From Planctomycetota bacterium (lineage in GTDB: Bacteria > Planctomycetota > UBA1135), in contig DNPI01000041.1 in assembly GCA_003501525.1 (NCBI GenBank), positions 1 through 32,507 of the forward strand: DNA of 32,507 nt, in the 5' to 3' direction. Shown piece after piece: positions 8,171 to 15,556 of this stretch; the first letter of the stretch is position 1; the number at the start of each line of letters is the position of its first letter. Under the pieces are notes generated by a model. The model saw only the letters and a program-made list of their open reading frames with translations. It was not told where the DNA came from and did not search any database. Made by a program: the position numbers and the translations under genes.

Positions 8171-9330
8171 CTCAATCTTCGGTGCGCCTTCCTGAAGGTG
8201 GTGAGTTGATTATCGAGGGCAACCTGCTTTTGCCTTTTGAGGAGGAGCTGGCCGAGCTGGGAGATTCGCCTCCTCCCGTGAGAAAATCTTGGGCAGCCCT
8301 CCAGGTTGTTGTGCAAGGGGAATATGCCACCACGGGTCACTCTTTAACCACCCCAGGCTCGCATGAAGAAATTGGAAAATTTCTCGATTGGGAAGCTACG
8401 ACTGAGCTTCGTCGGAACCTGGGGGCCCAAGGCTTTGGGGTCGCTGAAGCGATGGATACTGCTCAGCGATTTTTCTTGGGTTGGGAGAATGCTCGGCAAC
8501 TTATTGAAAACACCGCTGCCCTTGATCTTCCTTTAGGTTTTGTTGCAGGTGCTAGCTATGACCATTGCCCTTCTCCGTCGAGCTTAGATGAACTATGCGA
8601 TTCAGTTTCTTTTCAGGCTCGTGCAATTGCTGACCTCGGTGGAGTGCCGGTTATTTTGCCGATGCCATGGTTATGTGAAATGGAATGTGGCCCCGAAGAC
8701 TTTGTCGTTGCCTATCGGAAAATCCTCGAAAGTTTGGATTGCTCCGTTTACCTTCACTGGCTCGGCCCAATGTTTTTGCCGGTTCTAGAAGGCTATTTTC
8801 CCAGCGACAGTTTTCAGCGAATAATGGCTTTGAACAGGGAGCAAGTCTTAGGTGTAAAAATATCTCTTTTGGATCCTGTGCGTGAGGTCGCAATTCGCCG
8901 CAGTTTGGCTGAACATGGGCAAGAAACTTTGACAGGCGATGATTTCAACTTTGCGTCCCTCATTGCGGGCGATGAAAAGGGTTTTAGCCACGCGTTGCTC
9001 GGGATTCTTGGTGGTATTTCTCGCCCGGCGAGCCTAGCTTTTCAGTTTTTAGCCCATGGAGCGGAGGACAAATTCCGCCAGTTAATGAATCCATGTGAAG
9101 TGCTTTCTCGCGCGGTTTTTGAATCTCCCACCCAGCACTACAAAGCTGGTTTGGCTTTTCTTTCATGGCTAGACGGGCAGCAACCCAACGCCATGTTGGT
9201 GAATCGCGAAGACCTTGCTCGTGACAAAAATCACCTACTGAGATTGGTGGAACTCGCTATTGCTGCTGGAGTGTTTACTCGCCCCGATTGCGTGGCAGAA
9301 AATTTTTCTAGTTGGTTGGGAACGGATTAG
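8167..9330 (+). CDS. DUF993-like protein (predicted TIM-barrel, function unknown)
   Basis: TTG start overlaps the upstream stop (TTGA at 8167-8170). The block 'LDWEATTELRRNLGAQGFGVAEAMDTAQRFFLGWENARQLIENTAA' matches my recollection of the conserved DUF993 (PF06187) core, 'DWdaTlafRrhLws.GlGVAEAMDTAQRgmGLdW'. This is recalled, not searched. Confidence 0.5.
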   Translation: MTQSSVRLPEGGELIIEGNLLLPFEEELAELGDSPPPVRKSWAALQVVVQGEYATTGHSLTTPGSHEEIGKFLDWEATTELRRNLGAQGFGVAEAMDTAQRFFLGWENARQLIENTAALDLPLGFVAGASYDHCPSPSSLDELCDSVSFQARAIADLGGVPVILPMPWLCEMECGPEDFVVAYRKILESLDCSVYLHWLGPMFLPVLEGYFPSDSFQRIMALNREQVLGVKISLLDPVREVAIRRSLAEHGQETLTGDDFNFASLIAGDEKGFSHALLGILGGISRPASLAFQFLAHGAEDKFRQLMNPCEVLSRAVFESPTQHYKAGLAFLSWLDGQQPNAMLVNREDLARDKNHLLRLVELAIAAGVFTRPDCVAENFSSWLGTD

Positions 9331-11135
9331 CGACCCGCTTTTTGCACTTCAATCTCACTAAACCCGAGAGGGCTTTGACCGACTTCTCCTGTCCAAGCGC
9401 TCAATATTCGCACTTCCAGAGTCTTAATGGAGGTAGTTTTCGGAAGCTTTAGGATTCCTTTTCGATTCTCTTCTTTAGGCATCTCTAAGGAAAATTCGAG
9501 CTTTGAATTTAAGAGAATTAAGAGGTGTCGCGGTCTGGCTAGCCCTTTTCGAAAAGGCATAGTATTTGGGTGGGCAAACATAACCTTGTTAGCTTTTATT
9601 GCAGCGGGCAGGGTTAGGGTAATTGATGGGTTGGGATCGTCAACCTCACACATCCAAGCCGTTTTCAGGTAGGTGTCAGCGGCCAGTTTCCCGGGGTGAG
9701 CACTCTTTTCGCTTGATGTTCGCACTTCGGGAAGAAATCGTTTTAGTAGGTTTTTCTCTCCGTCTTGCGCATATTCAAGCAATTCGTGTTCTAAGACCAT
9801 TTCAATTTTGACCTGAATAATCCCGCTATTGAACAGGCTTTCGGGTGATTCCGCCTCTGCGCGGATTTGAAATTCTCCTGAAGTTCCAAATCGATGTTGA
9901 AATGCAAACCCTTGCGCTGGGTTCTTCTCTTCTTTGAGTAGGCGCCATTCGACGTCGCCTACTTTGCGCCAGAAATAACGAACTATCTCAGGTTGAATTG
10001 GTGGCTTTGAAACCCAGAACGTCATAGGCGTGTCGCCACTAGCGCGAAGAATCAGCTCGCCCTGTTGGGGGGAACTTTCCCAGTGAGGTTGCCCGACTGC
10101 TCCCGACACAGCAGAGGCAGTTGCTCTTCTAAGAAAGAGAAGAGCCATGCTGGTGCCCAGTTCCCCATGTTGCTCTTGTGCGAGGTCGATAGTTTCTTTC
10201 GAGGGTGTCCTATCCCAACTTCCCAGAGAAGTTTGACGTTTTAAGAGCGCAGTCGCTCCTTCTTTGTACCAATCGTGGGCTCCTATTTTTTCAATTCCTC
10301 TGAGTGCTCCTACTCGTTCGTATCCCCAAAGATTGAATGCGCCCCAAGATCGATTAGGGGGATTGCCGGAAGTGACAAAGAAATCGCCTAGCCATTGGAG
10401 ACATTCGATTTGGACTTTTTCCATGGTTTTGCGGTGTCTAGCTGCCAGTCCATCGCCAAGATTTCGTGCACACAATTCAAGAAGAGTGATACCCGCAGCA
10501 GTCATTGAGCCAGATGGCCCTGCCCCAGGTCTGTATGTGAATCCTCGGCGGCGAAGACTCTCTCCAGCTTCATTTTTCACTTCTTCCACGGGAGTGAGAC
10601 AGGACATAGTTCCTGTATAGAGCTTCCTCCAATATTTGGTGGGGATACGAATCCCTGCTTTTTCGCAAGCATCCAATGCAAGTCCGGCGAGAAGTGTGTT
10701 TGATAGATCTTCGTGGCTGTGGCCACTTCCGTAGTCAAAGACACCGCTATCCGGCATCCACGAAAGGAGGTCGCCCGCGAGCTCCTCCATCCACGGTGTT
10801 TTGCTCCGGTCCTGACTCGCTTCCAGCGCGAGAAGCGTAAACCCTGCGCTATAGACTCTTTGCGGGGGACGCGGCTCCATCCACGTAAAAGCTCGCATTA
10901 TGGCTGGATGCTCAGAGGGAACGCCGCACTTAAGCAGTGTGTAGACGACCAATGGGGTAATGCCTGTGGGGTACCATTGGTCGACCCAGCCCCCCCAAGA
11001 CCCATCTAGCAATTGTCGATCGAGTAAAAAGTCGACCCCCTTCTCTATAGCGTCATTCGCTTGCAATCTGAGGTCTTGCCCGTAAAGAGGGCCACTTGCT
11101 GTGCTGAGGCATAGAATCGCCAGAGGGATTTTCAT
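9327..11135 (-). CDS. secreted prenyltransferase/squalene-cyclase-repeat (alpha/alpha-toroid) protein with C-terminal beta-sandwich (discoidin-like) domain
   Basis: Signal peptide 'MKIPLAILCLSTASGPLYGQ'. The N-terminal ~350 aa contain 'LLDRQLLDGSWGGW' and 'LLKRQTSLGSWD' repeats typical of terpene-cyclase/prenyltransferase repeats. The C-terminal ~150 aa ('...IKANKVMFAHP...IKTLEVRILSAWTGE...GFSEIEV') resemble galactose-binding-like domains. Confidence 0.5.
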   Translation of the reverse strand: MKIPLAILCLSTASGPLYGQDLRLQANDAIEKGVDFLLDRQLLDGSWGGWVDQWYPTGITPLVVYTLLKCGVPSEHPAIMRAFTWMEPRPPQRVYSAGFTLLALEASQDRSKTPWMEELAGDLLSWMPDSGVFDYGSGHSHEDLSNTLLAGLALDACEKAGIRIPTKYWRKLYTGTMSCLTPVEEVKNEAGESLRRRGFTYRPGAGPSGSMTAAGITLLELCARNLGDGLAARHRKTMEKVQIECLQWLGDFFVTSGNPPNRSWGAFNLWGYERVGALRGIEKIGAHDWYKEGATALLKRQTSLGSWDRTPSKETIDLAQEQHGELGTSMALLFLRRATASAVSGAVGQPHWESSPQQGELILRASGDTPMTFWVSKPPIQPEIVRYFWRKVGDVEWRLLKEEKNPAQGFAFQHRFGTSGEFQIRAEAESPESLFNSGIIQVKIEMVLEHELLEYAQDGEKNLLKRFLPEVRTSSEKSAHPGKLAADTYLKTAWMCEVDDPNPSITLTLPAAIKANKVMFAHPNTMPFRKGLARPRHLLILLNSKLEFSLEMPKEENRKGILKLPKTTSIKTLEVRILSAWTGEVGQSPLGFSEIEVQKAGR

Positions 11136-11210
11136 TCTCGGTTAATCTTAACGACCCCTGATATCATTCCCGCCACTTAGGATTTCGCCTATCCCGTTCC
11201 GTATAAATTG
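11136..11210. promoter_or_regulatory. divergent intergenic region between the 602-aa gene (-) and the beta-helix gene (+); contains inverted repeat GTTAA-N2-TTAAC
   Basis: This is one of only two sizeable (>70 nt) non-coding spacers between divergent genes in the window, so it presumably holds both promoters. A 12-bp inverted repeat 'gttaatcttaac' lies at 11141-11152. No promoter consensus could be assigned. Confidence 0.25.
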
Positions 11211-12335
11211 ATGACAGATTCCTCTTCGCCTAGTTCGACAGCACGCTTCTTCTTTTACGTACTGGCCTTTCTTGGAGTTGCCCTTATTTTCTCTGCCTTT
11301 TCCGATTGGAAAAGCCCAGTCATCAAGGACTTATTCTCCGATAGTAAACCGGGGATTGCGCTAGATCCTTTTGCCATTGACAGAGGGGTGCCGTCTGGCA
11401 GCAGCTTTGCTTTTAGTCGCAACAATGCTTTGTGGGTTTCGGGCGCAAGTGGTAGCGACGCAACCGGGACCGGTGCTGAATCCAATCCCTTTAGGACGAT
11501 CCAGAAAGGATTGAATGCAATGGTAGATGGTCAAGCGTTAGCTATTAGGCCAGGAACCTATCGAGAGGCTCTCGATATGCCGACCGTCGGGACGCCTGGG
11601 AAAGGGCTTCTTGTGACAGGGATGGGATCCGGAAAAACGATTGTCGACATTACGGGGACTGGCACTGAGCATGCTGTTGAATTCGCCAATGGGGCTTCGC
11701 ATATTACTCTTCAAAATCTTTCTATTCGGGGTGGCGCTGATAGTGGTCGATGGTCCCATGGGGTTTACATCAGCAAAGAAGGAAAGAATGAGCATATTAT
11801 TCTGAAGAACCTTGATATTGATTGGAATGGGCAGAAAGATCGCGGCTCTGGAATTTTCGTTTTTGAGCAAGCGGCGGCGAATCTTGAGGTTCAAAATGTC
11901 AAAGCCACCGGTGCTTCAGATGGTATTTATTTGAAAGGCAGTAATGCCATTAAGGTCCAGAACTGCACTTTCTTCAACAATATTGAAGACGGGATAGATC
12001 TCAATGGTGGGACCGAAATTTTTCTTCTGGACAATGAATGTTATGGCAATGGGGATCGAGGTATTGCTGTCCACGGAAACGAATTGCCCCAGAGCGGCGG
12101 TGTCCTGCGCGGTAACAATTTGCACGGGAACAAGGATGGGATTGCCTTTTATCTAGCGGCCGGAACCCGGGTGATTGACAATAGAATTGAAGGGAACGCT
12201 GCCTACGGCTTGAGAATTGCTGGGCAAAATTTGACGATTGAGAAGAATTACTTTTCAGGGAACACGGAGGGGCATATTAATGAAAACCCCAATTCCGTAA
12301 ACATCACTTACAGCGATAACGTTCTAGAAGACTGA
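11211..12335 (+). CDS. membrane-anchored right-handed parallel beta-helix repeat protein (pectate-lyase fold)
   Basis: N-terminal TM segment 'FFFYVLAFLGVALIFSAF'. 'SNPFRTIQKGLNAMVDGQALAIRPGTYRE' is the typical entry motif of beta-helix (DUF1565-like) proteins. Periodic repeats follow: 'DGIYLKGSN', 'DGIDLNGGT', 'RGIAVHGNE', 'DGIAFYLAAG', 'YGLRIAGQN'. TTG at 11208 is an alternative start. Confidence 0.65.
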   Translation: MTDSSSPSSTARFFFYVLAFLGVALIFSAFSDWKSPVIKDLFSDSKPGIALDPFAIDRGVPSGSSFAFSRNNALWVSGASGSDATGTGAESNPFRTIQKGLNAMVDGQALAIRPGTYREALDMPTVGTPGKGLLVTGMGSGKTIVDITGTGTEHAVEFANGASHITLQNLSIRGGADSGRWSHGVYISKEGKNEHIILKNLDIDWNGQKDRGSGIFVFEQAAANLEVQNVKATGASDGIYLKGSNAIKVQNCTFFNNIEDGIDLNGGTEIFLLDNECYGNGDRGIAVHGNELPQSGGVLRGNNLHGNKDGIAFYLAAGTRVIDNRIEGNAAYGLRIAGQNLTIEKNYFSGNTEGHINENPNSVNITYSDNVLED

Positions 12336-12338
12336 TGC

Positions 12339-12833
12339 TTACAGGGCGGCAATACAGGCTTGTGTGATGTCTTGTGCGGGGTATCCTGCTGGAATCTCAG
12401 GAATCCGATTGGTGCTGCCCTTTTCTACGACGAGAACGCAATTGGTATTTCTCGATGCTTGTTCGAGGACTTTTTTGTAGGTGGATGTTGCTTCTCGCAT
12501 CAATTGCGCCCATCGAGCTGAACCGCGTCGGATTTTTTCTTGATTAATTGTTTGGTAAGCAGGGATAGCGAGATAAACCTTTTTGCTGTCTACTTCTGCG
12601 AGAGAGTCGCCTCGCTCAGCACTAAATCCGCTCACGCTGCCTCGGAGGATAGGGCTTCCGCCTCTCTCGTTTTCTTCGAGAATTAGGGTGGCAGCGTTTT
12701 TTTCCTTAGCCGTAGGCGCAGGTCGGCTGTCGCCCTGTCGTAACCAGAACGCTGCTGCACAAAGAGCAGCGAAGGGGACAATCGCCAGCCGCATTCGCGT
12801 ACCTGTGCTAACGGTTCTATTGAATCCAAGCAT
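12339..12833 (-). CDS. small exported protein of unknown function (weak Skp/OmpH-like resemblance)
   Basis: 164-aa ORF lying 33 nt downstream of the preceding gene in the same orientation. It has an N-terminal hydrophobic segment 'LAIVPFAALCAAAF'. The C-terminal 'VLVVEKGS...AQDITQACIAAL' loosely resembles Skp family ends. Alternative ATG at 12794. Confidence 0.35.
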   Translation of the reverse strand: MLGFNRTVSTGTRMRLAIVPFAALCAAAFWLRQGDSRPAPTAKEKNAATLILEENERGGSPILRGSVSGFSAERGDSLAEVDSKKVYLAIPAYQTINQEKIRRGSARWAQLMREATSTYKKVLEQASRNTNCVLVVEKGSTNRIPEIPAGYPAQDITQACIAAL

Positions 12834-12866
12834 TCTTTCAGCCTAGCAGATTATGAGTTGAGGAGA

Positions 12867-15542
12867 TTAAAGCGCGATATCCCGAATCCAGATATTGCGA
12901 TAGCGAACAGGGTTCCCGTGATCTTGTAGCCGGAGTGGAAGCTTGGATGGTCCTGCTTTGTATGGCAGAATTTTTCTGTGTGTGGTTGGACCGAGAATTT
13001 CGCGGTTGAAGTGGATAAGGATGCCGTTGTGGAGAGCGGTTATTCGGGCAGGCTCCAGAAGCTCTTTTCCGTTTTCTGAAAATCGAGGGGCCTTAAAAAA
13101 GATGTCATACGATTGCCATTCGCCAGGTGGCTTGGAGGCATTTACATCTGGAGGATGTTGTCCATATATCCCTCCGGCCTGACCATCTGGATATGACCGA
13201 CTAGACCAGGAATCAAGGACCTGAATCTCGTATTTCCCCATGAGGTAGACACCACTATTGCCAATGCCTTGTGACGACCCACCAGATTTTGAGGGAGTTG
13301 CGAATTCAACATGCAGTTGGCAGTCTCCGAAGTCTTGGCGAGTTTGGATGTCACCTGTTCCGTTCACTTCCATGACTCCGTCAATCAGTTTCCATTTTGC
13401 ATCGCCTCCAGAAGACGATGCCCATTTGTCCAGCCCTGTGCCGTTAAAAAGAACTATGGCGTCAGAAGGTGCCGAGGTGCCGGTCCCCGGCTGGACAAAA
13501 TTGGGACTAGGTCGCTGAGAGTCATGCACATGCCATTCGGTTCCAGGAATGAGAGGCGTGTCGCGATATCCCACCGCCGGCTGTCCTGCAGCCGGCGGGG
13601 GATCTTCTTGGAGGAGTTCGCGCACCATTGGCTCAATAGATTCCGCCCATGTTCTATAAGCACCCTCATTAAGGTGCAGTAGGTCGGGCATGACCTCCTT
13701 CGAAAGCCCTCCATTGGTGCTTAAGAAATTCGAACCAATGTCTAAGTAATGGACGCGATTTCTGGATTGAAGGCGCGAGAAAATCTCGTTTGCCCCTTCA
13801 TTTATAAGTCTGTACCGGTTTTCGGCGTTTTCTCCTCTAGGAAAAATCCCTAGGAGAAGAATTTCAGCATTAGGTAATTTTTCTAGTAGTACGGAAGTGA
13901 TTTTCTCTACGCCATTTGCGATGTCTCTGCTGGAATCGCTCCCTGCATTGTTTGTGCCAATCATTACGACAGCTAGTTCCGGGTTTATCCCGTCTAAATT
14001 CCCGTTTTGCATTCTCCAAATGACATGTTGAGTGCGATCTCCGCCAATCCCAAGATTCAATGCGTTGCGGTCCCCATAGAATTTTTCCCAAATCTCTCTT
14101 CCGGCCCCTTCCCAACCTTGAGTGATTGAATCTCCAATCATCACCATCCGTACGCCTCCTTTTGCGGCATTTTCGTTCATCTTCTTGTGTCTCGTTTGCC
14201 ACCATTCATCTTTCCGGTCTACGGGTTTAATGGTTGCAGGTGTTGCAAGTTCCCGGATGAGGACATTCCGGAATTCGATTGGGGCTCCGTGATGTTGGAG
14301 CGCAAGAGGCCCTTCACTTGCGACTCCAGGGAGTTGGGCATTTTCGATGACATTTTTCCCATTTAGAGTGACGGAGAGGCTATCCCCCTCCATTTTGATG
14401 AAAAAGCGATTCCATTTTCCTAATGGGGCGTCCGCGGCTTCGCGTGGAGTGACAGCGGCGCGGACTTCAGCGGGCATATTTGGGTCGGTTCTGTAGCCAT
14501 AGACCTCTCCGCTACCAATGGGCCAGCACCAAATATTGACTTGGCTTTTGCTACTTCCTCGGAGATAGATGCCGCTGTCTCCGGCTTCGTCTACTTCGAC
14601 TTTGAGTTGTCCGCCAGCTTCGTTGACAGCATAGTCGCCATTGGGCAGAACTACCGGGACTTCGACTTTTTTAGAGGGTCCACTCCAGCGCCAATCAGCA
14701 ATTAATTCAAAATCGCCAAAACTGTCTTCGGTCCAGAGAGTGTCGCCTTTGCCGTCGTAAGCGAGCACCCCTCCTCCTGCTTTCCAGTGCCCCTTGTTCT
14801 TCTCTTCAACTTTCCAACCATCGAGATCGATTCCTCCAAACAGTGGAACGAAGCCATTCCCTGGGATGGCAATCTCCTCGGGTTTGAGATCCCCTGAGGG
14901 AGGTAGTTCTCGAATACGCAAATTCCGAAAATGGACCTCGCTGCCCTCGGCTTCTAGGCAAAGGTGCCCTTGTCTGGGTGCGCACGCTTCGCCGCTTGTT
15001 ACTTCTTTGCCGTTAACTTCCAGGCGGAGAGTGCCGTTGTTGCAAGTAACTCGGTAATGATTCCATTCAGGAGCTGGTTTTGTGCGCTCTTCTGTGGGGA
15101 AACTTCTGGAACCGCCATTTGGTCGAGGATTGTGTGGGGTCATTTTTGCTCCCCAGATTGGAAAGACATCGCCGTGGAGCGTGTACCAATTCCCTTTAGG
15201 GCCGGTCATGATTTGAACTTCGACCGCCCGGGCGAAGGGCGTCCCTTTGGCTGGAATCCCATCTGACCATACGAATAGTCCGGCATTCCCATCCTTCTCT
15301 ATGTGTCGCCATTCCATTTCGAGGACAAAGTTTTCATAAACCTTTGTTGTTCGAAGTAGCCCAACTGGATTGCCCGTGCAGATAATCATTCCGTTTTCGA
15401 CTCGGAAGGTTGTGTCGTCACAATTCAAAAGCTCCCATCCGGAAAGATCTTTGCCATTAAAGAGAGGCTCAAAGCCGTCTTCCTGAGCAGCCAAGCAAGG
15501 GGAGCAGAAGGTTACGAAGAGGAGGGGGAGAAGGGGTTTCAT
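12867..15542 (-). CDS. secreted multidomain protein: DUF1080 - DUF1080 - SGNH/GDSL esterase (PAF-acetylhydrolase/sialate-O-acetylesterase-like) - DUF1080
   Basis: Start chosen at ATG 15542 ('MKPLLPLLFVTFCSPCLAAQ' signal peptide), which removes the overlap with the upstream gene. There are three DUF1080 units, each opening with 'LFNGKDLSGW' / 'LFGGIDLDGW' / 'LFNGTGLDKW' and closing with 'HFRNLRIREL' / 'EFRNVLIREL' / 'RYRNIWIRDI'. SGNH blocks are I 'MIGDSITQGW', II 'NLGIGGDRT', III 'MIGTNNAG' and V 'PDLLHLN'. Confidence 0.8.
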   Translation of the reverse strand: MKPLLPLLFVTFCSPCLAAQEDGFEPLFNGKDLSGWELLNCDDTTFRVENGMIICTGNPVGLLRTTKVYENFVLEMEWRHIEKDGNAGLFVWSDGIPAKGTPFARAVEVQIMTGPKGNWYTLHGDVFPIWGAKMTPHNPRPNGGSRSFPTEERTKPAPEWNHYRVTCNNGTLRLEVNGKEVTSGEACAPRQGHLCLEAEGSEVHFRNLRIRELPPSGDLKPEEIAIPGNGFVPLFGGIDLDGWKVEEKNKGHWKAGGGVLAYDGKGDTLWTEDSFGDFELIADWRWSGPSKKVEVPVVLPNGDYAVNEAGGQLKVEVDEAGDSGIYLRGSSKSQVNIWCWPIGSGEVYGYRTDPNMPAEVRAAVTPREAADAPLGKWNRFFIKMEGDSLSVTLNGKNVIENAQLPGVASEGPLALQHHGAPIEFRNVLIRELATPATIKPVDRKDEWWQTRHKKMNENAAKGGVRMVMIGDSITQGWEGAGREIWEKFYGDRNALNLGIGGDRTQHVIWRMQNGNLDGINPELAVVMIGTNNAGSDSSRDIANGVEKITSVLLEKLPNAEILLLGIFPRGENAENRYRLINEGANEIFSRLQSRNRVHYLDIGSNFLSTNGGLSKEVMPDLLHLNEGAYRTWAESIEPMVRELLQEDPPPAAGQPAVGYRDTPLIPGTEWHVHDSQRPSPNFVQPGTGTSAPSDAIVLFNGTGLDKWASSSGGDAKWKLIDGVMEVNGTGDIQTRQDFGDCQLHVEFATPSKSGGSSQGIGNSGVYLMGKYEIQVLDSWSSRSYPDGQAGGIYGQHPPDVNASKPPGEWQSYDIFFKAPRFSENGKELLEPARITALHNGILIHFNREILGPTTHRKILPYKAGPSKLPLRLQDHGNPVRYRNIWIRDIAL

Positions 15543-15556
15543 GGGTTTGAATGCTA

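Noticed and set aside
11202-11207. TATAAA hexamer just upstream of the beta-helix gene
   Set aside because: It ends only 3 nt before the ATG at 11211. The spacing fits neither a normal -10 box with a 5' UTR nor a leaderless transcript.
11907-11918. 'TGAS' in the beta-helix protein ('VKATGASDG') as a possible ApbE flavinylation site
   Set aside because: It matches only the minimal [ST]GA[ST] core. It lacks the upstream Asp and the FMN_bind-type context, and it sits in a regular beta-helix coil. It is most likely coincidental.
13870-14205. 111-aa Arg/Lys-rich minus-strand ORF in an alternative frame inside the 3xDUF1080/SGNH gene
   Set aside because: It is on the same strand as a well-supported CDS but out of frame with it. 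Its highly basic, low-complexity translation is typical of an off-frame artefact.
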